Assembly: GCA_965213705.1 (NCBI GenBank)
Contig: OZ243913.1
Coordinates: 2,880,001-2,944,000 of the forward strand
Direction of reading: 5' to 3'
Source: Trueperaceae bacterium
GTDB lineage: Bacteria; Deinococcota; Deinococci; Deinococcales; Trueperaceae
DNA: 64,000 nucleotides
The notes under the pieces were generated by a model that had not been told where the DNA came from, searched no databases, and was given only the letters and a program-made list of their open reading frames with translations. Both the position numbers and the translations under genes were made by a program. The stretch's first letter is position 1; each line of letters starts with the position of its first letter. Below, in pieces: positions 1 to 9,315 of the stretch.

Positions 1-37
1 CCACAACAACTTAAAGAGTGCATGGAAAATGATTGAG

Positions 38-133
38 CCCCCTTAACAAGGGGGTTGGGGGATTTACTTTTGTGGCTGCCTCCACAACAAGTTGTCAGAA
101 GCAAATCCCCCTTAGTCCCCCTTGTTAAGGAGG
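38..133. repeat. REP-like palindromic doublet (inverted pair)
   Basis: CCCCCTTAACAAGGGGGTTGGGGGATTT at 38-65 and an inverted copy AAATCCCCCTTAGTCCCCCTTGTTAAGGAGG at 103-133; lies just downstream of the minus-strand operon. Confidence 0.7.
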
Positions 134-158
134 ACATGTAGGCGCTTTTGGGTGACCT

Positions 159-1181
159 CTAAAGCCCAACAATGCGCGAGCCCGCCTCCAGCGACCGCTC
201 CACCGCTAAAGACAACGCCACCGAAGCGAGGCCGTCCGCACCCGTAGCGGGCGGGCGCGTCCCGTTGCGAATGGCGTCCAAAAAAGCCGCCGTCTGCCGC
301 GGCACGTCGAAAGCGTGACCGGTTTTTTGCACCACGTCCAGGCGCTCGGCGGGCACGTCGCGGTCACCGCTGGTGTGCAGCCAAAGATTGGCTGTCGGGT
401 GCTCGTCCAAGTCCATCGCCCCCGACCACTCGGCACGCAGCGAGCCCGTTTCGCCGACGATTTGCAAATCGACCCGGTGCTCGAACGCGGCAATCGAGCG
501 CGTGATGAGGGCGCGCGTCTTGTCCGCGTACTCGAGCCTTATGTCTAGGTTCTCGTTCAAATCCTCGCGCCCCGCCCGACTGTTGGCCCAAGCTTGCAGA
601 GCGACCGGCTCACCGCTCGTTTCCGACAAGTACCAACGCGCCAAGTCCAGGTAGTGAACCGGCTCCTCGAGAATCGAACTGCCGAGCTTTGCGGGGTCCA
701 GCTTCCAACCGCCCGCGCCCGCCCGGTAAGGCCGCCGCCACAGGTCGAGCTTGAGGTGGACGGGTTTGCCGATGTCTTCCGCATCGAGAATTTGTTTGAC
801 CTGTTCAAACAGGGTGAAGACGCGCATCTCGAGGCCCACCGCGAGAACTTTACCTGCTTTCTCTGCCGCCGTCAGCATCCTCTCGGCGTCCGGCAGCGTC
901 GTCGCCAGCGGTTTTTCGACGAGGACGTGCTTGCCCGCGTTCAGTGCGGCTGTTGTGTGCTCGGCGTGGAGATAGTTCGGACTGACCACGATGACAGCTT
1001 CGGTGTCGCTGTCGAGAAAAGTCTGCATGTCCGTCGTCGTGCTAACTTTCCACTCGTTTTCAACCCGCTGTTTTGAGGTTTCGCTCGAGACCAGCACCGC
1101 CTCCAGACTTGCGCCGACCTCCTCCAACGCCCGCTTGTGAACCTCGGCCCAACGCCCCGCACCGATAAGGCCTATTTTCAT
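159..1181 (-). CDS. Gfo/Idh/MocA family NAD(P)-dependent oxidoreductase
   Basis: Starts MKIGLIGAGRW (Rossmann GxGxx), has HVLVEKP motif; start set at ATG 1181, not the ORF-track upstream start. Confidence 0.9.
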   Translation of the reverse strand: MKIGLIGAGRWAEVHKRALEEVGASLEAVLVSSETSKQRVENEWKVSTTTDMQTFLDSDTEAVIVVSPNYLHAEHTTAALNAGKHVLVEKPLATTLPDAERMLTAAEKAGKVLAVGLEMRVFTLFEQVKQILDAEDIGKPVHLKLDLWRRPYRAGAGGWKLDPAKLGSSILEEPVHYLDLARWYLSETSGEPVALQAWANSRAGREDLNENLDIRLEYADKTRALITRSIAAFEHRVDLQIVGETGSLRAEWSGAMDLDEHPTANLWLHTSGDRDVPAERLDVVQKTGHAFDVPRQTAAFLDAIRNGTRPPATGADGLASVALSLAVERSLEAGSRIVGL

Positions 1182-1249
1182 GCTCGGCCCACGCCCCCTT
1201 CTCGAGCAGAGGAGGCAAAAGGTCTTGCAGTTACTCTTCGTTTTCCTCT

Positions 1250-1288
1250 TTTTACTCGGTACTTTCCACTCGGTCCTCGGTACTTCTT
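1250..1288. repeat. Intergenic CACTCGGTAC-type dispersed tandem repeat, copy 1
   Basis: TTTACTCGGTACTTTCCACTCGGTCCTCGGTACTT; matches copies at ~7915-7948 (reverse) and ~38050-38090. Confidence 0.7.
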
Positions 1289-1290
1289 TC

Positions 1291-2268
1291 TCATCGTGCC
1301 ACAGCCTCGAGCACTTCCAGGGACAGCTCGAGGGCCTCGACACCGTCGTCCGCGTCGGCCAGTTCGCGCGGGGCGTTTTCAGTCAGCTCTTTGTAAAACT
1401 GCCGAATCTCCGCCGCCCAGGGGTCGCGTCCGCTCTCAAAGCGGGTTACGCCCGCGCCGTTTGACAACTCGACCGGATTCGTCAGATAATCCCAACTCGC
1501 CTCGACAAGTCCGCCGGGGCCGACGTAAACGTGCTTTTCGCGAAAAAGCACGCCCTCGGGCAGGCCCCAGGTGATGAGCAGTTGGACGGTGTTCGCGCCG
1601 TACTCGAGCACAATCGCGGCGCTGTCGACCGCTTTGTCTTCAATCCCGACAAGCTGAGGTTTGTCCGCGCCGTAGGTGTGACCCGCCGCGTGGACGAGCC
1701 GGGGTGACGCGTCAAACATCCGCTTCCACATGTCGAACAGGTGGCAGCACATGTCGACGACGGGGCCGCCGTTAGCGTTTTTTGCGTGCATGAGGCGCTT
1801 CGGGCGAATTCCGGCGGTCACGGTGACGCTCCCCAGCACCGGCCCGCCAACAGCCTCCAACCGACTCAACAGCACCGGATAAGATGGGTCGAAGCGGCGC
1901 ATAAAGCCGATGCGGAGTTCGCGGTCGTTGGCTTCGGCAGCACTTTTCATGGCGTGGGCGTCCTCAAGCGTGAGTGCGATAGGTTTCTCGCAGAGGACGT
2001 GCTTACCCGCATTCAGACAGTCAATCGTGATGGGCGCGTGCAAAAACGTCGGCGTGCAGACCGAGACCACGTGAACATCGTCCCGCTGCAACATCTTTTT
2101 GTAGTCCGCCGCCGCGAGCGCCCCGCACACGTCGGCCGAAGCTTGGGCGCGGTTTACGTCCGGGTCGCAGACCGCGACGACCTTCGCCCCCGCCGCCGTC
2201 CAGTGCAGCGCGTGGCGCGTGCCCATGTCGCCCGCGCCGACAACAAGCACGCCGAGCGCGCCGTTCAC
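1291..2268 (-). CDS. Gfo/Idh/MocA family oxidoreductase
   Basis: VVGAGDMG Rossmann motif, HVLCEKP, GFMRRF, D..CH motifs. Confidence 0.9.
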   Translation of the reverse strand: MNGALGVLVVGAGDMGTRHALHWTAAGAKVVAVCDPDVNRAQASADVCGALAAADYKKMLQRDDVHVVSVCTPTFLHAPITIDCLNAGKHVLCEKPIALTLEDAHAMKSAAEANDRELRIGFMRRFDPSYPVLLSRLEAVGGPVLGSVTVTAGIRPKRLMHAKNANGGPVVDMCCHLFDMWKRMFDASPRLVHAAGHTYGADKPQLVGIEDKAVDSAAIVLEYGANTVQLLITWGLPEGVLFREKHVYVGPGGLVEASWDYLTNPVELSNGAGVTRFESGRDPWAAEIRQFYKELTENAPRELADADDGVEALELSLEVLEAVAR

Positions 2269-3332
2269 GCGCCATAGTCCGTTACCCAGGTGGGTGAGGC
2301 GGCCTCGAGTTCAACCGCACCACCGTAGCGCCGGTGCTGCGTCCACGGCGTCGCCGCGTCGGCCGCGCCGGAAATCTGCCGGAGGTAGGGCAAGGACTTT
2401 TCTCGCAAACGCGCTTCGACCGCCTCTAAGTCAGGATATGCGTCCAGCGCGTCCAACCACACCGCCCGCCCCGCTAAAAAGCCGCTTGCGCCCGCTTGAA
2501 ACGCGAGGTCTAAGTTCAGCGCGAACTCGAGCGGCCCCACACCTGCCGAGAGGAGCACCCAAGGCACGTTGGTGATGTCGTCAAGCTCTTTGAGATAACC
2601 TTTAACTTCGTCCAACGTGTACGCCGCTTCCCGCGCGGCGCCCCCGAACGCGCCCGCTGCGAACTCCTTGGTGCATTTGAGGTCGGCGGGAAACTCGAGC
2701 TTGAGCAAGTCCACGCCGAAGCGGTCATCTGAGTAATAGCGGACGGACTCGAGCACGCGTTGCGGCTTGGCGCGGGCGTACTCGAGCGAGTCCGGGTCCT
2801 CGCCCGGTTTGGGATAGATGAGCAGTTCCAGCACGAACGGAATATCCCGCAGCCGGCATTCGTCACCGACCTCTTTTATAAACGCGTCCTGATGCGCTTG
2901 CGTGTCTTCACGGATGTCCGGGCGGTGCCAGGCGAGGACTTTGACACCCGCCGCGCCGCTGCGTTTGATTTTTTTGACCGACCAGTTTTGAATAGGCCGC
3001 GACAGGCGCTCGCCGTCTGTCACCTCGAAGTCGTAGCCCTCGAGGGTACTCAGCAGCCCGACCCGCCCCGGAATGTGGACAAGCGCGTGCGGGTGCGTCC
3101 ACACCGGGTCGACCAGCACCGCCGTCGCCTCGGGCGCGAGGGTTTTGGTGAGTAAAGTCTTGATGCTCGCCACCTCGTCGTAAGCAACCTCGTCGGGTTT
3201 GCGCGAGCCGTGCTTGGCGAGGGCGTTGAAAATGGGTGGGCGCTGGTCGACGGCAATCATCTTGAAAACGCCGCGGTCGTCGGCAAGAGTTTGCAAGCTG
3301 CGGTACTTGCCTGCGGGAAGGGTCGCTGTCAT
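2265..3332 (-). CDS. Class I aldolase, LacD/YihT family (tagatose-1,6-bisphosphate or sulfofructose-1-phosphate aldolase)
   Basis: MIAVDQR, DLLKLEFP, WVLLSAGV, ASGFLAGRAVW motifs. Confidence 0.85.
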   Translation of the reverse strand: MTATLPAGKYRSLQTLADDRGVFKMIAVDQRPPIFNALAKHGSRKPDEVAYDEVASIKTLLTKTLAPEATAVLVDPVWTHPHALVHIPGRVGLLSTLEGYDFEVTDGERLSRPIQNWSVKKIKRSGAAGVKVLAWHRPDIREDTQAHQDAFIKEVGDECRLRDIPFVLELLIYPKPGEDPDSLEYARAKPQRVLESVRYYSDDRFGVDLLKLEFPADLKCTKEFAAGAFGGAAREAAYTLDEVKGYLKELDDITNVPWVLLSAGVGPLEFALNLDLAFQAGASGFLAGRAVWLDALDAYPDLEAVEARLREKSLPYLRQISGAADAATPWTQHRRYGGAVELEAASPTWVTDYGA

Positions 3333-3363
3333 TCAAAACCTCGGTTCGTCGGTTCGTGAGATG

Positions 3364-4323
3364 CTAAATCCACTCGAGTTCGTCCATCTCTCGAGCCGTT
3401 TTCTCCTCGAGCAGGTGCTCGACTTCTGCCGTCGTGGGAATTCCGGCGCGGCCGCCCAAGGCGGTGCATTTCAGGGCCGCCGTCACCGAGGCGAACAGGC
3501 CGCATCTGCCAACGTCCCACTGGCTCGCGACCGCGTAGGCGTAAGCGCCGTGGAACACGTCGCCCGCGCCGGTCGTGTCGATGACGTTCACCGCCAGGGC
3601 GGGGATGTGGCGGGTGTCACCCTGATGTTCAAAGAGAAAGCCGTTCTCGCCCAGGGTGATGCCGACGAGTTGTGACTCGGACTGTCGCAGCGCGGCCAGC
3701 GCCGCCTCGGGCTCGTTGCGGCCCGATACGTCGGCGGCGCATTCCTCACTTGCGATGAGGTAGTCCGCGTACCGCGCCAGGTGCCAGTTGCGGGTGTTGC
3801 TGAAGTCGCCCACCACAGGTACGCCCTGTGCCTTCGCCTCTTTCAAAACCGCTTCGCTCATCACGGGATGCCGAGCGTCGGTGAGGACGCAGTCGAACGA
3901 AGTAACGCGGGACAGCTCGAGCCCCTGAGCTGAATCCTCTAGGTTCGCCGGGTAGTAAGGGAAAATGTAACGCTCCCCATCCGGCGCAACCACGATGCCG
4001 CTGACGATAGTTTCTGCACCTTCCGGCGTGCGGAGGTTGTTGCAATCGACGCCGAACGCCTCGAGTTCCGCACGAGCCGCCCGACCGTTGGCATCGTCAC
4101 CGTGGAGCGCCCACAACTCGACCGCCGCCCCCAGCCGCGCCGCCGTGACTGCCGCGGTCGCCGCGGGGCCGCCCCCCTGCGAGCGGTAGGCCGTGGCGCG
4201 CGTGCGCGAGTTCGTCGGCGGAAAGTTTTCGACCTGCCAAACGTGGTCGATACAAGACAGCCCGACCATGAGAATCTTTTTACTCCCCCCTTTCAGGGAG
4301 GCCGGGGGGGTCTCCCCACTCAC
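3364..4323 (-). CDS. PfkB carbohydrate kinase, YihV (sulfofructose kinase)-like
   Basis: GGGPAATAAVTAARLG, DTTGAGDVFHGA and AALKCT.LGGRAGIP closely resemble E. coli YihV as I recall it; in-frame GTG at 4323 overlaps the upstream stop (GTGA); alternative ATG near 4269. Confidence 0.85.
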   Translation of the reverse strand: MSGETPPASLKGGSKKILMVGLSCIDHVWQVENFPPTNSRTRATAYRSQGGGPAATAAVTAARLGAAVELWALHGDDANGRAARAELEAFGVDCNNLRTPEGAETIVSGIVVAPDGERYIFPYYPANLEDSAQGLELSRVTSFDCVLTDARHPVMSEAVLKEAKAQGVPVVGDFSNTRNWHLARYADYLIASEECAADVSGRNEPEAALAALRQSESQLVGITLGENGFLFEHQGDTRHIPALAVNVIDTTGAGDVFHGAYAYAVASQWDVGRCGLFASVTAALKCTALGGRAGIPTTAEVEHLLEEKTAREMDELEWI

Positions 4324-5750
4324 AAGGTGTTCCGTAAGGGGCGAGGCTCGAGCACGTCCGCCCCCAACCACCCACTGAGTTCGTTCAAAGCTTCGGTCAA
4401 CTCCCCCGTCCCAAAGGCGAAGTGGTGCGGCAAGCGGTATTCGAGGACGTTGGCAACGAAGGTTTGAGCGTCGACGCTTTGCCCGTTCCACTTCAACGCG
4501 CCGAGCCAGCCGCGCACGCCGTCGAAGCCGACTTTGTCCGGTGAGGTGAAAACGCCCGAGGTGACGAGCGCCGCCCGCCCCTCTGAGAGCAAGCGAAAGC
4601 CCGTCGCCGCACCCGGCCGGAGCGCCATGTCCCGCACCACGCCCACGCCGTCGCGGTTGAAGTGCGTGGTGAGCCGCGTGTGAGCGCCCGCGGCCCAGTT
4701 CAGGGGCGCGTTGCCGCAGTGCCAGAACTGGAGGGTGTCGTCTGCCATGTCTACATCGGACAAATCCATCAAAGCCGCCGCCTCCCCACTCACGCCTTGC
4801 AAAACGCGCATCGAGAGCGCGCCCATCACGTCGCCTTCGCAAGCGGTGGGGAGGTTCGCGTCGCCCAAGCGCCCGACCGCGGCGCAGGCCATCGCGCCGC
4901 AAGCGTCGGGGAGTTCGGGCCAGCAGCGCACAGCTAGAGCGTTGTAATCACCTTCTTCGGCTAGAGAACGTAAAGCGAGTTCGACTCGAGCCGCGTTTTG
5001 CAAGTCTTCAAATGAGGCCTCGAGCTTCTCTTGTTTTTCCCAATCCTTTGCCAAAGCTTCAGCTTCTTTTTCGGGAACGCTCGAGACCCGCTCGAACAGC
5101 TCGGCAAGCTCTTTCGTTTCGACAGTGACGGTTTTTAATGAGGGCCGCTCCTGGATACCGAAAAATGAGGGTGCAGTACCGCCGATTTGCAAGATGCGGG
5201 TGGTCTCGAGCGCTTTGAGACCTTTGAGAGCGGCCAGGGTGGGCTCGAGGCGCGCCCGGAACCAGTCGCTCGTCGCCTCGCCGTAAAACCACTTCACGGG
5301 TTCTTTTTTGGCAACCTCGGGGTGCTCCAAAAAACTCAACGTCATGTTCATTCCGCAGAGCGCGTTCAGCGGCAGCGGCCCGCCCGCGCCGCGCCCACCC
5401 GCTGACTCGGGCAGCGCCCAAACGCCGACGCGCTGTGCCGCGTGCAGCAGCGGCACGAGGAGGTCGCCGGTCGTGAAGGTCGTATGTTGGATGAGAAGGA
5501 AATCGAGCTTTTGAGCTTGCAGCTGTGCAGCGGCCTGGTTAGCTGCATCTAAACTGCTCACAGCGAACGTCGGAATTTCCTGCCCCGTCGCCACGTGCTC
5601 GTCGTTGCCGGAGACGCTGGCGGTGATAACCTCGAAATCGTGTTCACTCCCCAAATGTCGGAGATTCTCGAGACTTTTCCTCGCCGCTGTGGGCGAATCC
5701 CCTTTGAATAATGGTCGAATGATACTCACGAACCCGATGCGTAAACCCAT
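4320..5750 (-). CDS. L-fucose/L-arabinose isomerase-like aldose-ketose isomerase (SqvD/SftI-like candidate)
   Basis: AVRCWPE, ACEGD, WHCG and PHH motifs of the fucose-isomerase fold; start at ATG 5750 (MGLRIGF). Confidence 0.8.
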   Translation of the reverse strand: MGLRIGFVSIIRPLFKGDSPTAARKSLENLRHLGSEHDFEVITASVSGNDEHVATGQEIPTFAVSSLDAANQAAAQLQAQKLDFLLIQHTTFTTGDLLVPLLHAAQRVGVWALPESAGGRGAGGPLPLNALCGMNMTLSFLEHPEVAKKEPVKWFYGEATSDWFRARLEPTLAALKGLKALETTRILQIGGTAPSFFGIQERPSLKTVTVETKELAELFERVSSVPEKEAEALAKDWEKQEKLEASFEDLQNAARVELALRSLAEEGDYNALAVRCWPELPDACGAMACAAVGRLGDANLPTACEGDVMGALSMRVLQGVSGEAAALMDLSDVDMADDTLQFWHCGNAPLNWAAGAHTRLTTHFNRDGVGVVRDMALRPGAATGFRLLSEGRAALVTSGVFTSPDKVGFDGVRGWLGALKWNGQSVDAQTFVANVLEYRLPHHFAFGTGELTEALNELSGWLGADVLEPRPLRNTL

Positions 5751-5761
5751 AGCTGCTAAGT

Positions 5762-6676
5762 CTACCCCTTGACCCCGCCCGCGGTCAGCCCGCTGATAAT
5801 GCGCTGCTGGAAAAAGATGATTAAAACGACCAGCGGCACTATTCCCAAAATGAGCGCCGCGCTGATAATCGCCCAGTCGAACGAGAACTCGCCCTGGTAG
5901 AGGATGATGCCGACCGGCACGGTGCGCATCTGCCGTGCGGTGTTGAAGGTGAACGCCAGCAAAAACTCGTTCCAGGAGTTGACGAACACGATGATGCCCG
6001 CCGTGACGATGCCCGGCGCGGACAAGGGCGCGACCACGCGGAACAGCGCGCCGACCCGTGAGGAGCCGTCCACCATCGCCGCGCTCTCCAAATCCTCGGG
6101 GATGAGTTGGAAAAAGCTCGTTAGGATGAGGGTCGAAATAGGGATGCTCAAAGCCACGTAAGGGATGATGAGGGCCGGGTAGGTGTTGAGCAGGTTCGGC
6201 GTCGTGACCACGTCGGGCATACCGCCGAAGCCGACAAGCTCGAGCCACCCCACGAACGCGCTCAAAAGGGGCACCTCGACCCCGACGAACAGCCGGTAGA
6301 GCGGCACCAGCAGCACCAGCGCCGGGAACATGCTCGTCATGACGATGAGCGTGAGAATCGCGCGCCGCCCCGGCAACCGCAGCCGCGCCAGCGCGTAGCC
6401 CGCCAGCGCCGCGAACAGCACACACACCAGCGTCGACACGACCGACACGACCGCCGAATTGAGCAAAAAGCGCGCGAACGGGTTGTCCCGAAACACGTCG
6501 ACGTAGTGCCGCAGCGTCGGGTTCTGCGGAAGGTAGGTTATCGGCAGTTGGACAAGCTCGCCGTCTAGCTTCAGGGAGGTCAAAAAGAGCCACAGCACCG
6601 GGAAAATCCCGCCCAGAATCATCAAGACGAGAAGGATGTTGAGGAAGACTTTGCTGCGCAAGCTCAAGTCAGTCAT
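5762..6676 (-). CDS. Carbohydrate ABC transporter permease (MalG-like)
   Basis: Hydrophobic; EAA loop ESAAMVDGS; WNEFL motif. Confidence 0.93.
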   Translation of the reverse strand: MTDLSLRSKVFLNILLVLMILGGIFPVLWLFLTSLKLDGELVQLPITYLPQNPTLRHYVDVFRDNPFARFLLNSAVVSVVSTLVCVLFAALAGYALARLRLPGRRAILTLIVMTSMFPALVLLVPLYRLFVGVEVPLLSAFVGWLELVGFGGMPDVVTTPNLLNTYPALIIPYVALSIPISTLILTSFFQLIPEDLESAAMVDGSSRVGALFRVVAPLSAPGIVTAGIIVFVNSWNEFLLAFTFNTARQMRTVPVGIILYQGEFSFDWAIISAALILGIVPLVVLIIFFQQRIISGLTAGGVKG

Positions 6677-7883
6677 TGGTGTAAATCCACCTTAAGTAAA
6701 ACACCGTGATGCTGAGGCTGAGGACGAACAGCATCACCGACAGCGCCGCCGCGTAGCCGATGTTCGAGGCGTTGACGGTGTTGTAGATGTAAAGCCCCAA
6801 CGTTTCTAAGGTGCGCCCCGGCCCGCCCCGCGTCATCGCAAAAGGCTCGTCGAAAGTCTGGATGGCGGTGAGGGTGCGAAAAATCAGCGCGACCGCAATC
6901 GACGGGCGCAGCAGCGGCAGGGTCACGCGCCAGAAGCGTTGCCAGGCGTTCGCGCCGTCCACGGTTGCGGCCTCGTAAAGGCTTTTGTCCACCGACTGCA
7001 AGCCTGCCAGCAGAATCAGCGCCACGAACGAAGAGGTTTTCCAGATAATCGTCGTGTTGACGGCAATGACGGCGGGCAAATCCCTCGCCAGCCAAAACAC
7101 GCCCCGGTCGCCTATCAGCACCGGGTCGATAAAGGTTTGCAGCAGCGCGTTGATGCCGAGCCGCCCGAACAGGTCGTTGATGACGCCGTAATCGCTCTGA
7201 AACAGCCACGCGAAAGTGAGGCCGGTGAACGCCCTCGGCATCGCCCAGGGTAACAGCAGCGCCACCCGCCCGAGCCACTTGATGGGCGACTCGACGTTCG
7301 CCAGCAGCGCCAGCGGCAGGCCGACCAAAAACGAGCCCACCACACTTACAAACAAAATGGTGAGCGTGATTTGAAACGAGTTCCAAAACCGCGCGTCGCC
7401 CCAGCGCCCGGCCTCGCCCGGATGAAAGCCGAGCAGCACGCCGAACACGAGGACGAGGAGAAGCGTCCAGCCCACGGCTGAAACTTTCGAGAGTCTGCCG
7501 CGCAGCGCCGCCCACCACACCGCCACGAGAGCGAGCAGGCCGAGGACGCGGAGGCCGACGAGGTGCGTCGCGTCCCACACCGCACAGTCGCCCCAGAAGG
7601 TTTCGGCTGCGGGTCGGCACTGAATCCACAATACTTTGCGGAAGTTTTCCAGACCTACAAACGGCGTCCCTTCGTAAGGGCGCAACAGGTTTTCGCTGTG
7701 GACCGACTGCCACAGCACGCTCACCACCGGGTAGAACATCACCACGGCGAGCGTGAGCAGGGCGGGCAGCAGCAGCAGCACGCCGAGTTGCACGTCGCTC
7801 AGGTTGCCGGTGCGCAGCCGTTTCCAGAAACCCGGCCGGCGGTACGGGGTGGGTGTGTCGGTAGTTTGAGAAGACAAGGCCAT
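6669..7883 (-). CDS. Carbohydrate ABC transporter permease (MalF-like) with an extra TM insert
   Basis: FVGLENF, LYEAATVDGA..WQRFWRVTLP, TRGGPG. Confidence 0.93.
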   Translation of the reverse strand: MALSSQTTDTPTPYRRPGFWKRLRTGNLSDVQLGVLLLLPALLTLAVVMFYPVVSVLWQSVHSENLLRPYEGTPFVGLENFRKVLWIQCRPAAETFWGDCAVWDATHLVGLRVLGLLALVAVWWAALRGRLSKVSAVGWTLLLVLVFGVLLGFHPGEAGRWGDARFWNSFQITLTILFVSVVGSFLVGLPLALLANVESPIKWLGRVALLLPWAMPRAFTGLTFAWLFQSDYGVINDLFGRLGINALLQTFIDPVLIGDRGVFWLARDLPAVIAVNTTIIWKTSSFVALILLAGLQSVDKSLYEAATVDGANAWQRFWRVTLPLLRPSIAVALIFRTLTAIQTFDEPFAMTRGGPGRTLETLGLYIYNTVNASNIGYAAALSVMLFVLSLSITVFYLRWIYTND

Positions 7884-7914
7884 AAAATAACTTACGTTAC
7901 GCAGACGTTGAGGA

Positions 7915-7948
7915 GGTACCGAGTACCGAGTGAAAAGTAGAAAGTGAA
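7915..7948. repeat. CACTCGGTAC-type dispersed repeat, copy 2 (reverse orientation)
   Basis: Reverse complement reads TTCACTTTCTACTTTTCACTCGGTACTCGGTACC. Confidence 0.65.
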
Positions 7949-8003
7949 ATCAAAAGCTTTTTCTCTCCCGCTCGAGCCAAAGCCCAAGCTGAAACAACGA
8001 AGT

Positions 8004-8028
8004 GGGGGCGGGTTTCAAACCCGCCCCC
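8004..8028. repeat. REP-like stem-loop downstream of the solute-binding-protein gene
   Basis: GGGGGCGGGTTT-C-AAACCCGCCCCC, perfect 12-bp inverted repeat. Confidence 0.75.
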
Positions 8029-8035
8029 GTGCGTG

Positions 8036-9292
8036 CTACTCGTTGAAGATGTCTTCTAAACCGACCTGCATCTGCTGCAGGGCTTCGTCGCCGGTCAGCG
8101 AGCGGGCCAAAAAGGAGTTCATCGTCGTGCGGATGAGTTCGGACACCTCGTCGTAGCGCGGCGTGACCGGGCGCGAGCGGGCGTTTCTAATCACTTCGAA
8201 GAACTCGCCGAAGTGCGGCGCGGCCTCTAGGACGGTCGCATCTTCGTAAAGGCTTGCACGAGCCGGAATGCGGCTCGCTTCGACGGCGAAACGGCGCTGC
8301 GACTCGGGGCTCGAGAGAAAGTCAATCAGCTCGAAAGCCGCGTCTTTACTGTCGCTGTAGTTGTTGATGACCCACTGCCAGCCGCCGATGCAAGTAGCCG
8401 ACTCGTTGTCGCCGAACACCGGCAACGGCGCGACGCCGACGTTGCCTTTAACCTGAGATTCCTCGTCGTTTTGGGCGCGGCCCCAGGCGTAGCCCCAGTT
8501 GAGCATAAAGACCACGTCGCCCGCTTGAAACTCGGTGCGGCTGTCGTCGGTGCCGGTCTCGGCGATGTTGGGTTTGGTGATGCCCGAGGCGAGGGTTTCG
8601 TCGTACCAGTCCATCACCTGCATTCCTTTGGGGCTGTCCACGGTGATGTTGCCTTCCTCGTCGCGCCAGTTGCCGCCGGCGGTCCAGAGCGGCTCCAAAA
8701 AGGTGCAGTTCGCCCCTTCGATGGCCGCGCCCTGGTAGCTGAAGCCTTGCAGGGTCGGGTCGGCCTCACCCTCCATAATAGTTTGCGCTTGCGTCTTCAA
8801 CTCTTCCCAGGTTTGGGGCGGCTCGAAGCCGTACTTCTCGAGCAGGTCTTGCCGGTAGTACAAAAACTGCGCGTCGGTATAGGCGGGCAGCGCCCACAGC
8901 GTCCCGTCGATGAGGTCGGCCTCGACCGGGCCGGGCAAAAAGTCCTCCAAGGCGCTCATCATCTCGTCTTCACTGGCGTAGTAATCGTTGAGCGGCGTGG
9001 CCCAGCCCGCGGCGGCGTACTGCGCCGGGCGCACCACGTCGACTAAAAACACGTCGATGTCGCCGCTCTGCGAGGTCAACACCGTGTTGAGGTACTGCTG
9101 CTGCACTTCCGAAGTGTTGCCGCCGACCTCGTAGCGCGCGGTGATGTCGGGATGTTCGGCGTTGAACTCGTCGAGCAGGCTTTGCATCAGGTCGGGGTCT
9201 TCGCGGCTGCCGATAAAAACCACGAGTTCCGTCTGCGCCAGGGTGACCGAGAGAATGGCGAACAGGGCGACCAGTAAACCGATTCGTTTCAT
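8036..9292 (-). CDS. Sugar ABC transporter substrate-binding protein (family 1)
   Basis: Signal peptide MKRIGLLVALFAILSVTLAQ, LYYRQDLL, PQTWEEL; GGAGG RBS upstream. Confidence 0.93.
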   Translation of the reverse strand: MKRIGLLVALFAILSVTLAQTELVVFIGSREDPDLMQSLLDEFNAEHPDITARYEVGGNTSEVQQQYLNTVLTSQSGDIDVFLVDVVRPAQYAAAGWATPLNDYYASEDEMMSALEDFLPGPVEADLIDGTLWALPAYTDAQFLYYRQDLLEKYGFEPPQTWEELKTQAQTIMEGEADPTLQGFSYQGAAIEGANCTFLEPLWTAGGNWRDEEGNITVDSPKGMQVMDWYDETLASGITKPNIAETGTDDSRTEFQAGDVVFMLNWGYAWGRAQNDEESQVKGNVGVAPLPVFGDNESATCIGGWQWVINNYSDSKDAAFELIDFLSSPESQRRFAVEASRIPARASLYEDATVLEAAPHFGEFFEVIRNARSRPVTPRYDEVSELIRTTMNSFLARSLTGDEALQQMQVGLEDIFNE

Positions 9293-9315
9293 GCTTCCTC
9301 CTTTGAACTTGCTCC

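Noticed and set aside
4320..6593. 757-aa ORF in the track (and the 512-aa ORF 3364-4902)
   Set aside because: The N-terminal parts are off-frame shadows over the permease and isomerase genes; recognisable domains start at 5750 and 4323
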